This document shows, in pieces, positions 1 through 11,513 of a stretch of DNA of 64,000 nt; positions within the stretch are counted from its first letter, which is position 1; each line of letters opens with the position of its first letter. The position numbers and the translations under genes are program-made. This DNA comes from Heteronotia binoei. Its lineage: Eukaryota. The notes under the pieces were generated by a model, which made no database searches, was not told the DNA's origin, and saw nothing but the letters and a program-made list of their open reading frames with translations. The stretch covers positions 58,094,001 through 58,158,000 of the forward strand of contig NC_083224.1 in assembly GCF_032191835.1 (NCBI RefSeq), in the 5' to 3' direction.

Positions 1-1000
1 ACATCCCTGTGTAAATGAATTCAATTTTAATAAAAAAGTTTTATACACTGGGGAAAGTATATATGTTAAATGGTGATGCATGGTTTTAACATTCATAATT
101 TGATTAAATCTTTTGTATTATAATTTTATAAATGTAACTTTTTAGTTTATAGTGATAACCCTACACAGAGTTCCCCACCCCTACTTTCTTCTAACTTTTT
201 GGTTACCTAGTCCATTCTGGGTTGAAATTTTCTCCCCTTCTTCTCCCCCCCTCCCCCACCAATGAAAGCAGCCAGCCTCCCTCAGGAAAAACAGTCTGCA
301 GTGGTAGGGGAGAATGGGTATAAGTTGCTGCCACTTCTTGTGAAGACCTAGTGTCCATAAGTGTTTGGAGCAGCATGGTTGGATACCTGCCAGTAATAAA
401 GGTATACCACCAGCTACTATGGTTCCCATTTTTTTCATGATTCCAGTCCTGATAAAGATGCGAAGGCTGGGGAAAAACTGGAAAAATATAGAAACAAAAT
501 AATTTTATCCTGTTTTTCAAGGCCTTTTTTCCAACTTTTCCAATGGAAAAAAATGGAAATTCAGGGGAACACTGAAAAAAACCCCCTATGAAATATCTTC
601 TCTTTTTGAATGAGTGAAATGCTTTTAAAGACAAGGTGAGCATGCTGTAGACATATACAACTCTTATACCCAAGAAGCATTTCTCTCCCTAGAAGGATAT
701 CTAATTTTCATGGGGGCAGCATGTTTGGACTGAATTTACCTCTACCTGTTGCCTGCTGTATTGTAAACTGAAGCATCACCAGGAAGTTTTTGTTGCATTG
801 GATGAAATACAGGGACCAAGTGGAATTCCAACTGAGCATACTATTACTTTATGTGAAATACAGGAACCAAGCTGAATTCCAACTGAGCATATAATAGTTA
901 TCTGCTGTGAATTTTGAAGCGTGGAAGCTCAAGAGGAATCACCTCTAAGGAAAGAAAACTTTTATTCTGAAACATGGTTTATATCTGGAATACGTGTACC

Positions 1001-1382
1001 CAGGGCTTTTTTTTGTAGCAGGGATTCCTTTGCATATTAGGCCACATCCCCTGACATAGCCAATTCTCCAAGAGCTTTAGGGGAGGGATGGTGGCTCAGT
1101 GGTAGAGCATCTGCTTGGTAAGCAGAAGGTCCCAGGTTCAATCCCTGGCATCTCCAAAGAAGGGTCCAGGCAAATAGATGTGAAAAACCTCAGCTTGAGA
1201 CCCTGGAGAGCCGCTGCCAGTCTGAGTAGACAAAACTGACTTTGATGGACCAAGGGTCTGATTCAGTATAAGGCAGCTTCATATGTCCAGGGCTCTTCTT
1301 ACAGGACCTACTGTAAGCTCTTAGAGGATTGGCTCCATCAAGCCTAATATGCAAAGGTGTTCCTGCTACAAAAAAAGCCCTG
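1001..1382. mobile_element. hAT-type MITE (CAGGGCTTTTTTT TIR) interrupted by a tRNA-derived SINE
   Basis: TIRs cagggcttttttt...aaaaaagccctg; 8-bp TSD cgtgtacc/tgtgtacc. Confidence 0.85.
1081..1286 (+). mobile_element. tRNA-derived SINE
   Basis: A box tggctcagtgg and B box ggttcaatcc in a tRNA-like head followed by a ~130-bp body. Confidence 0.85.
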
Positions 1383-1671
1383 TGTGTACCTATTTGGTGG
1401 ATTCCTCATATGGATGCATTGTTTCTATGTTGCTGAAAACTTTGTACAGACTTTATTATTGTAACTCTGTTATATACTGGTGAGATTATTCAAGAGGACT
1501 GCTTTGTCTATTACTTACTGGTAAATGCCATTGTATTTTATTAGTGCTTTGTGATCACAGTTTATTTTCATTGAGCTTGACTTGTTTCACTGTGATCTTT
1601 CTTCTTTGTATTTCAATATAGCTCCAGAACATGGAAAATATCTCCATTCGTGTTATTGTCACTGCCATTAC

Positions 1672-1825
1672 CTTTCAGCTGAAGCAGACAGGCAGCTGGA
1701 AGCAACTCTTGAACATTTTCTACTGTCACATGAACTGTCTCTGTGTATACAAAGTCCAGCAAAATTTCCATTGTAGAGGCTGTTAAACCTTGGATGTCCA
1801 CATAGGGTTTGTCCTTCTCTGAAAG
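1672..1825 (-). CDS. KLHL12: KLHL12 second coding exon (BTB domain, [51 protein letters not shown])
   Basis: Translation is near-identical to the KLHL12 BTB segment; 154-bp exon bounded by TTGCAG acceptor and GTAATG donor on the minus strand. Confidence 0.97.
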
Positions 1826-2399
1826 CTGCAAATTAAAAACAAGGAAGGAAATGTTTTATTTTCAGTAGGTTATATTAACATCCTGACAATGGACTTTGTA
1901 GCTTGACTCAGGAAACTCAGGTACAGGCAATGTGAAAGAAACGCAAAATGCTGTACAGAGTTGTTTTGTACAAAGGTAAAACCTTGAAAGGCCAGAGGAA
2001 TAATGTTTTTGAATCTTTGGTCCAGCCCTGAACTGGATAATCTGGTCTTGTCATATCTCAGAAACTAAGCGGGGTCAGCCCTTCTGTCAGGAGACAAATG
2101 TATTCATCATAATTAATCTGCACCTCTGTTTATAAACAAATTCCTCATTACACTGAAGTCAAGGGATGAAACAACAGGTTAGTACAGCAAAAGAAAAATG
2201 TTTGCTTCTGCCCCACCAAATTAACATGGATTATACAGTTCTGTGCTGAACTAGACTCAGGCAATGACAGTAATATAAATATAATGATAGTAATATAAAT
2301 ATACCTGGCTTCTAGGCAGTTGGCAGCACTCTCCCCTTAGTTCTTAAAAGCATGTTGAAACAATGTTGTTTTACAGGCCTTACAGAACTGGACAAGATC

Positions 2400-3075
2400 T
2401 TGTAAAGCCCTGATGTCATTTGGGAGGTTATTCCATTACGTTGGTACTGCCACCGAGAAGGCCCTTGCCCAACTTAATTTAGCCTCCTTTGGCACAGGGA
2501 TTGACAAAGGATTTAGGGCCCCTGAATGCAGTGCTCTCTGAGCTATATGCAGGGAAAGGTGGTCCCGCAGGTAGGCAGGTCCCAAGCCATGTAGGGCTTT
2601 TAAGGTTAGTACCAGCACCTTGAATTGGATCCAGTATGCTACAGGCATCCAGTGCAGCACTTTCAGCACAGGTTGGATGTGCTCCTGTATAGAGAGCCCC
2701 ATTAACAACCTGGCTGCAGCATTCTGCACCAGCTGCAACTTCCAGATCTGAGACAAAGGGAGCCCCATGTAGAGGGCATTACAGTAGTCAATTCTCGAGG
2801 TGACTGTTGCATGGATCACTGTTGGTAAGTCATGGCACTTGAGGAAGGGGGCCAGCTGCCTTACCTGCTGAAGATGGGGAAAAAAGGCAGATTTGGCAGT
2901 GGCTGCTATCTGGGCCTCCATTGATAAGGAGGGTTCCAGTAGCACTCCCAGGCTCTTGACCTTTGGTGCCGGTATGAGTGGCATCCCATCAAAAGCTGGC
3001 AAAGGGATTTCCCTTCCCAGGCCACTACAACTCAGGTGAAGGACCTCCATCTTCGTTGGATTTAACTTCATAATT
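2400..3075 (-). mobile_element. L2-clade LINE fragment (RT C-terminal region)
   Basis: ORF 2436-3071 with VTSRIDYCNALYMGLP...LQLVQNAAARLL...LHW motifs typical of L2-clade ORF2. Confidence 0.85.
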
Positions 3076-3454
3076 TTATAATGTAAAACATAATTTTACA
3101 TTAGATACAAATAACAGAAAGATTCCACAAGAAAAAAAAATATTACACTTTATTAGCAAACTTTAATTATAATATAATGCATTTCATTCTGTATTCTAAT
3201 CAATGTCCACTTGTGGGTTTAATTTTATCCTTTCTTTTTAAATTTAATATTTTAATAATAAGAGTAATATTGTGGGGTCCTTCTATTGGCTTGCTTGGTG
3301 TAGCCTACTTTTTTTCTCCTTTAACTTTTTAAAGTTGCCATTTCACTGGATAGGGTTTCTGATCAGCATGGCAATGTTAGTGAAGAAACAGAACAATCAT
3401 CTTGTACTTTTTCCTCATATGAGTCTGTTATTTTTCAATCCAAAAAGGATAAGA

Positions 3455-4030
3455 GCATAAGAGAAGCCATGTTGAATCAGGCCAATGGCTCATCTAGTCT
3501 AATCCTGTGTCACACAGTGGCCAAAACCCAGGTTCCATGAGAAGGTCCATCCGTGGGGCCAGAACTTCAGAAGCCCTCCCACTGTTGCTTCCCAAGCACA
3601 GCGTCATTGCCCCAGACATAGAGTTCCCTCTATACCTTATAGCCACAGCTGGACCTCTGCTCACTTCCTGCAGCAGTGAATTCCATATGTTAATTAATCC
3701 TTGGGTGAAGAAGTACTTCCTTTTATCTTCCCCTGATTGGAGGAAGGTATCCAGTGAGGTGCCAGACAACTCTAGGCCCCATCATGTAAATATTTTTATA
3801 AATGACCTGGATGAAGTAGTAGAGGGACTAATTAAATTTGCAGATTACACCAAATTGGGAGGAGTAGCAAACACACTAGAAGACAGAGATCGAGTTCAAC
3901 GAGATCTGAACACACTGGAAAAATGGGTGGATGTGAATATGATGTAGTTCAACAAGAATAAGGGCAAAGATCTACATCTGGGTAACAAAAATGAGAAGCA
4001 TGCATACTGGATGGGGGACACACTTCTGTG
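3455..4030. mobile_element. Two CR1 fragments in opposite orientation
   Basis: Minus: KRKYFFTQGLINIWNSL plus CR1 3' tail. Plus: NIFINDLDE...IKFADYTKLGG RT motifs. Confidence 0.85.
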
Positions 4031-4720
4031 CTGCAGAGACTCTTTGAGTTAAGACAAGAAATCCATTAATTTCTTTTGAAGTCTGATCTTGCAAAGCATT
4101 TGGTCAGTACAAATTGGCTAGCAAAATTAACATATCTTCTCACAATGGAATTCTAAGCAAGTTAAGTTCTGCAGGGAACAATGAATGTTTTCCCATGCTT
4201 GACAGAATTTCTTCTTTCACATGAAGACAAAGCAGATGAGATTAAAGTTAACACTGAGCAAACAATTACAAGCCATTTGGATATGCTACATGGAAAATGT
4301 TATCTGCTACTTTTCTGTTAAAGAAACAAAGAAGTGTGAATGGCCTCAAAACCCATTTGCAACTGATGTCACAAACTTGTTTTTGTACAAAAAGAACAAC
4401 TCCTTGAACTATGATGTGACAGAACCCTCAAAGATAATTTTTTTTCCAGAAGTGAGATTATCTGAATTTTGGCTTCATGTAGCTACTGAGTGTCCTAAAC
4501 CTACTGATGAAACAATATCTGTACTGTTGCAACATATCTGTGAGGCGGGTTTTTCAGGAATGACTACTATGAAGACAAAATACAGAAGCAGACTATGTAT
4601 CAATAATAATTAAAGACTATGTCTGACAATCATCAAATCCCTCATTGATCTACTTGTTGACAAAATGCAAACTCAGCCATCCCACTGATACTAGCCAACA
4701 TGGACTTCATTGTGAATAAA
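4030..4720 (+). mobile_element. Decayed hAT (Charlie/Buster-type) transposase C-terminal remnant
   Basis: QNPF...LSEFW...ICEAGFSGMTTMKTKYRSRL resembles the hATC dimerisation region; frameshifted. Boundaries approximate. Confidence 0.75.
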
Positions 4721-4879
4721 ACTATTAAATGTTTTTACTTTGCTCTAACACTGCTTGTACAACTGTTTTTAGGTTGCTTTTTACGGCTCATGAAGCTATA
4801 ACCTGCAGTCAGACAGCTGTGTTCTTATATTTGCATGAAAAAAATTGACTAACTTTGTAAATGCAATAAATATTTCAAC

Positions 4880-5400
4880 AGATACCAACATGGCTAACAA
4901 AGACAGACTGCAAGACATTAGGAACATCATTCCTGATAAGACCTCAGCCCACCTTGTCACCAAATGTTGTCATCTTATTCTCACCTATAATTGATTAAGA
5001 TCTGGCAACACCTTGTATTCTCAGGTTAACAGCACAGCCATGGCCCCACAACATCTGAACATAAGCTTCTATCTACAAATGCCTCTCCTGTACCTAAGAT
5101 TTTTCAATGATATTTTCATCATCTGGACCCATGTGAGAAAACTCTTGAGAAATTCCACCAGGATTTCAACAACTGCTGCCCTACTGGGGGCCAGTCCACA
5201 CAACAGGTTCATTTTCTAGACACCACCACTGTATCACTGAATAATGGATATATAAGCACCACATTATACTGAAAGCCCAGTGACTGCTACACATACCCAC
5301 ATACTTCCAGCTATCTCCTGGAGCTCAATCTATCATAATGCCATTCTATTGCACTTTTCCAGAGATGTCTTTTTAATACTGGGAAGCACTGAATTGAGGT
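4880..5400 (+). mobile_element. Penelope-like element RT remnant
   Basis: YLRFFNDIFIIW, FLDTT and TLY.KP.D motifs of PLE reverse transcriptase across frames. Confidence 0.7.
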
Positions 5401-6329
5401 GCAAAGAAAGTACAATGGAAGAGTAACTAGTTGTTTCTTGAATAAATGGCAATGCTGCTGCAGGAGATAAAAAATGGAGGAACCAAAGAGAAATAACATT
5501 CTATATTGTGTGTAACTTTCCCCATAAAGTGATTTTTGCAATATCCAATATTCACATTTTTAGCTGAACATCTTGCAGCCATGTATGCTATTCCCTGGTA
5601 CTGCTCAGATAGACCAATTAGCTTAGCCTCTATGCAAAAGGAGGAATACATTTTCAATCAGTCACTACATGAAGCAAGTACCATGAGCTGAAAAAAGGAG
5701 GTTCCAACTTTTTAATGGAACCAGTGTAGTATAATAGAGCACCAGGAAGACTGGGCTTCGAATCCCTATTCTGCCATGGAAGCTTGCTGGTGACTTTGGA
5801 TCAGTCACAAAAACTCAGCCTAATCTATGACAGGGATGTTGTAAGAGTAAAACTGAGGAAAGGAGAATGATGCAAGCCACTATGGGTCCCCAATGGGCAG
5901 ATAGGCAAGGTAGAAACAAAACAAATAAAATGTAATGCAAAGAAATATCACATCAGACGTGAACTTTTAGTATCATATATTTGGGTACGAAAGGCGGGGT
6001 GTGTGTGTGTGTGTGTTAAAGCCATCTGAATACTTTCTGCCATTCTTTATATAAAGGCTGCTGGGCTTCTTCGGACATGTGTCACCAGGCATAATAAGCA
6101 TGCTCACTTTTTGGGGTTTTTTATTTTTATTTTTAAATTTTCTTTGCATCAAAACAATCATTATCACACCATTCTTTCTAAATGTTCTGAAAGAAATGAA
6201 CATCCAATCATTTGGAAATCAAATGCAATAAGTATTTGTCAGAAGCAACTAAGTAATTAGTGAACCAACATGCAAAAACTGGAAAAGGTTGACTACATTA
6301 TATGCATGAAAGAACATATTGCAAAAAAG

Positions 6330-6540
6330 TATGGTAGTGGAAAGTGCTGTCAAGTTGCACCCAAATTACGGAGATCCCACTGGGTTTTCAAGACAAGAGA
6401 TGTTTAGAGGTGATTTGCCATGCCTGCCTCTGCATAGCGCCCTGGTATTCCTTGGTGGTCTCCCATCCAAATACTAACCAGGGCCGATCCTACTTAGCTT
6501 CCAAGAAAGTTAGCTAGCCTGAGCCATCTACGTCAGAGCT
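6330..6540 (-). mobile_element. 5S rRNA-derived SINE
   Basis: Reverse complement has a 5S-like head (agaagctaag...tagtatttggatgggagacc) and a Sauria-like tail; sibling at 22337. Confidence 0.75.
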
Positions 6541-7136
6541 ACAAAAAAAGGTATAAAAAAGCACAAATGGAGAAACAAAGTTATTATATATATTTCAGCT
6601 GCTTCCCTCTCACATGAAAGCCAGGATACACACAAATAAAAGCAAGAGGCAGAGGTACCTGAAGGAAAGCCTCTGCCAAAGCTGCTATTGGCATTTACAT
6701 GGGAAGAGAGAAAGCTGAAGAACTCTTGACCTTGGTATCAAATATCACAGGAATGAGTCAATGGTCAGAGGCAATGTTAGCCATCAACTCTTGGCCACTG
6801 TAAAAAATCAGTGACTGATCAAAGATTTAATATACAAGTTCCATGGGCCCATAATAGCTGACGTGTGTTCAGCTAGTAGTAATATGCCACAAATCATGAT
6901 GTTAACAGTTAGCATTATCTACATTGTCTTATTTGCACTCCCACAGGATTTGAATGATCTTGCATTGCATAGTAGTGTTACATTCACATTTTGAAACTTT
7001 AATTTAGCTGATTATTTGGCATCCTCTTGAGTATCAACAGTTATTTACATTTTTAACAGTGCAATCCTATGCAAGCTTAGTATTTCTTTATAGCATGTAT
7101 TAAAAACATTGTATGTGGTGTATCTTGCCTACCTAC

Positions 7137-7319
7137 CTCACTGGTGAACATTGCACAGAAGTAGTCACTGCAAGCAGCTAATACAATACGATGGGCTGGA
7201 AAGTCTTTCTGTTCCACACGCAAGGTCACATCACAAAGTGTGTTACTTTTTCGAAGTGAATTCATTGCATTAAGAATCGACTTGGCATGAGAATTAGTCA
7301 TTATATCTTTAGGAGCCAT
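7137..7319 (-). CDS. KLHL12: KLHL12 first coding segment ([61 protein letters not shown])
   Basis: Recognisable KLHL12 N-terminus; exon 7328-7137 with CTGCAG acceptor and GTAGGT donor, phase 0 into the exon at 1825. Confidence 0.97.
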
Positions 7320-9639
7320 AGTGAAGTACTGCAGCTAGCCAGGAGTGTTGAGAAGGCTGGTTCTCTATCAGTAGCCTGTTAAGAGAAAAATTTGCTTCAC
7401 TGTAGGTTTTTAAGAGTCATGAGGCAGAGACTGCCAAAGGCAAAAATGAAGAACAAGGCCACTGGTGCCTGCTGAAGTTCTCTCATCTGTTCTCCCATCT
7501 TTCCTACCAGCCAGGCTTATAAGGCTTGTTGTATTCAGTTGTATTAAAGTTCTAATAGAGTTGATTGTACAGAGGTGGTAAACAAAAAAGCTGTATATTT
7601 TTAACAGACTAAAACCCCAGAACACACAACTACATCATTAACCTACCTCCAGATGTCTGCAGTTTAGATGTAGAACATTAGACTATATAGTACAACATAC
7701 AGTTTACAACACACAGGAACAAAGAGGAAAGACAAAGGCTGATAACTGTGGAGTTTGTGTGAAAACCACCTTGGGCACACTTCTGTAGGGAAAGGTGGTA
7801 TATTAATAACATTTTAATAAAGTACACTGCAATGAACCTTCACACTCTGACAGCATGGCCAGTCGAATACACAGGCACTTTCTTACCATCATCAATTGTT
7901 TAATTTATCTAAAATGTATAATAGTGGGCTGGATTTAAAGATGCCCTATGTAAACTGAAGGTACATCCAGTGAAGCAAGGAAGGCTCTGCAATTTTTGGA
8001 CATTTTCCCATTTTAAGTTCAGGGCCCTGCACTGTAGCCTACACTGACCCTTCAGATCAACTTTTTTGGTAGCACAGAAGGCTGGAAAGGTTTTGTCAGG
8101 GAAGAGAATATAGGTTTCACTGGACGGGTTTAGATCCCATAGTTGAAGAACTATGCTATGAAATATTGTCTAACATTTTTATAATGCTTTAAAGTTTTCA
8201 ACGTGCTTTCTATATATTACCTCAATACTTGCTACAACATTTTTGTAACACAAGTCATTATTATTAGTCTGCACTGCACTGCAGATGGGGGCTGAGGCTA
8301 AAAGACAATATTTGCTACAAAACAGCTCAATGATGAGATTCAACAGATTTCAGTAGTGAAGAATGTATTTCTCCTTTCATATTTACAGCTCACTAACCTC
8401 ATCTAATATTTCACATCAAGACATCTCCTTTTTATGATGACATACACAAACCAATAAAATACATTAAAATAAGCCTGTGTGCATCTAAACAGAATTATTC
8501 ACCTTTTCCCAGGATCGGGACAATAATAGGCCCTTCTAGAAGTAAAGCCATGAACTTTTTTTTTTACCAGGCTCCATGCACACAGCCCTGGTGATCTGGA
8601 AGAAACCCCATCAGACTCATGAGGACTTACTTCTGATTAAACATCTTTAGGATCTGGCTGTTCGCAATTGTCATAATAAAGTTTTGATACATTAAAATCA
8701 CAGTTTATACTAGTCTTCACAGCATTCCCATTTTATTCCAAGTTTCAGCTTTGTGGGCAGACTCTAGGAATGGGCTAGATGCATGACTTTTGCAAAGCAA
8801 TCTAGCACAGATGTGTCTAGTGATACAATGATGGCTTTCAGATATTTCCAAGTGTGTCATGAGAATCTATGCCTTAAATCTATTATTTTGTACTACACAG
8901 GAGCCTCAAGGCAGTGGATTATGAATTCTGCATGAAATCTAGAAACAGAAACATGACTTCTGATTAGATGACAGAAACATGACTTCTGATTAGATGACAG
9001 AATTTTTGGTGTACTTGACTAAGATTGCTTCCCCCCCATCCCACTTTGCTAGGAACTGGTAGACTGGGACAGGATGAGATACAGTCTCTTGCATCACAAT
9101 TGCCCACGCCAGTGCTGTGCTGTTGTTGCTTGAGTGCAAACACATACTGCTTATGAAGCCTGTCCTAGATCCCACTGGTACACTATGGGACAAAATATGC
9201 TATACATCTGCTGCTGCCTGTGGAGCAGGAATGGCATAGGATGTCATCCCCCTAAGCCCTGGCACCCCGGATTGAAGGCATACTGTAAAAGCACTGCTAC
9301 CGGCATCTCCCAGGACAACATAATAACCTACCCTCTCTGGCCCTTCTACTGCTCACTGTGCTGGCATTTAGAGGAGGTGCTCCAAAACTGTGCCACCACA
9401 GCAGGAATGGCACAGGACAAGGCATATCCCCCCTCCTATGCCAGCCTCTGAACCCCACTGAAGCAATTTAAGGGGAATTCGTCTTACAGCTAAAATTCCT
9501 GAAGTACTCCTAATGCACACGTACATGTCAGGCAGCAAGGAATCCCACTGGCAAGTGCAAACCACCTGTGTTTGGCAGCAGAATTAACCAGTGGTCCAAG
9601 TAACTTTGCGACATAGGCCTTTGGTTTATCAAATGGGAC

Positions 9640-10810
9640 CTATTACTGCGAATCGGGTCCCTGTGAGGGAAGCAGGGCTCCATAAGGAGGACTGCTGCTG
9701 TCTCCCTTCTTAACACCCTCATCCAGCCCTTATCCTGGGCCGACGCTTTAGGCGCATGTAAATAATGGGCCACAGGACAGTAGCTCAGCAGGTCCACCTT
9801 CCCCTCAGCACCCATGACTACGGCAACCCCTCGGCCGAAGCTCACCGCCGCACCCTCCCCGGGAGGGGAGAGACTCCCGGCTCCTCCTCAGGCTTTCACG
9901 GCTCCTTCCTTCCCCGCATCAGGCACGCGCTGATGATGTCACTATGGACGCCCAACCATAGACTGCAAGCGCCATGCCATTGTAACCCAGGCAGAACGGC
10001 TAGAGCGACACCCTGTCTGACAAGGGCGGCTTCCGAGATCAATGGAAAACTGCCTGCAGCCGTACAGAAGCTACATTCATCCCCTCGCCTCACTTGTTTT
10101 TGTTTTAAATGTTGAAAGCCCTCTAGCCCTTTGTACCCGGTTGACAAATCATTTCATTTCAGTGTTGTTATGTATGTGAACCACTATATTATAAGCCTTA
10201 AGGCGGGCTATAAGAGTGGCGGTGGAGTTCTACTCTGCTTATTAGATGCAACAATGGCTGCTCCAGTCTTCCGTGCGAATCTGTGGTTTCTGGCGATAGG
10301 CTTGTGAGTTCTGCAGTTATCAAAAGTTCTGATAATACCAATCGGCGCGCCTTAAAGCAGTGCAAAGTCATTACAACCCCCGATTTCGGGTAGGACTCCC
10401 TTTGGGCCGCTGAGTTTCAGGACTCGGTATAGGTAAATCGCTCGCTCGACCCTGCTGTGATCAGACACAATAAATAATGCTCTTTCCAACGCGATCTTAC
10501 TGTGTGAACTGGCAAAATCCAGTTGGAAAGTGCACTGAAAGTGCGTTATATAGTGTGTGTGTGATCTAAGCCCCTCCCACCCCATCCTTAACGTTAGCCA
10601 TTAGGATGACAGGTGCCTGCCTCAGTACTCCAATATTTTCGACACAACCCACTGACGCTCAAGTTGTGTGAAAGCTGCATAGAATCGCGCGGCAACTTTA
10701 ATTCTCCCTTCGCTCGGTTCTGAGGAGTTATACATTGAGCAAAACGTTCGGCACAATCATATCATTCAAATCAATAGGGCCAGGGCAACGAAGCGTCGCC
10801 CAGTTTGTAC
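9640..10810. promoter_or_regulatory. CpG-rich promoter region of KLHL12, possibly bidirectional
   Basis: Visible CpG enrichment relative to flanks, directly upstream of KLHL12 exon 2; TGATGTCA (CRE-like) near 9935 and YY1-like AATGGCTGC near 10254. Confidence 0.6.
9846..9990 (-). other. KLHL12: Candidate non-coding exon 1 of KLHL12
   Basis: GC-rich segment ending in CG|GTGAGC donor (minus) inside the CpG island; in-frame TGA upstream so no coding extension. 5' boundary is approximate. Confidence 0.5.
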
Positions 10811-10849
10811 GGTATTTCCTTATTGGGTCTGGGTAAAAGTCGGATCTAA

Positions 10850-11220
10850 ACGGATCTTCATGAATTCATATGATTTTTACGTTAAAACAAAATCCAGTCA
10901 CCATAATGTAGTAGAACACGTCTTAGACTATAGGTAGCACCACAAAAATCATGCCTCCACGGAATCATGGTGGGGCACCAGCGCAAAAATGGTTTCAAAC
11001 CACAGATCCTCATGAATTCATATGATTTTTCAGCTGAAATGATATAAAACCACCATCATGTTGTAGACCATGTCTTAGACTATAAGTAGCAATATAGAAA
11101 TAATGGCTCCACGAATTTGTGGCACCACAGTACTGGAAAAACATGTTTCCAAAACATGGATCAATGGCTTCATGGCAACATCATGGAGCAAAAACATGGT
11201 TTTGGAGCATGGATCCTCAT
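10850..11220. repeat. Diverged ~155-200-bp tandem repeat, left part (continues 17974-18310 after the L1)
   Basis: Recurring gatcctcatg(a/g)at...catgatttt...catggcaacaccatg...ggatcctcat units on both sides of the L1. Confidence 0.7.
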
Positions 11221-11513
11221 TTTTTTTATTTATTTTTTTAACATTTAAACATTTTATTGAGGCATAAAAGTAGCTTACAATCCATAACGCAAGAAGTTTA
11301 CCGTGAAGATTAACAGAGATAACATCGTAAGCTTAATAGACAGAATACAGAGCAAAAACAACATTTAAAAACAAAATAGACAAAATACAAACTGAAGGTA
11401 ATAATAATTATAGTTATTATAACACAGTATTTAAAAATAAAATAAGATCAGGGAAAGGAAAAAGGAAGATATAATACACTTTAAATAACTTGAAATCAAC
11501 TTGTTAAAAAAAT

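Noticed and set aside
803-893. Short local tandem duplications (also 8946-8999, 20925-20978, 53730-53770)
   Set aside because: Two-copy slippage duplications in introns or intergenic DNA with no further structure.
1081-1155. tRNA gene
   Set aside because: tRNA-like head continues into a SINE body and lacks a clean cloverleaf.
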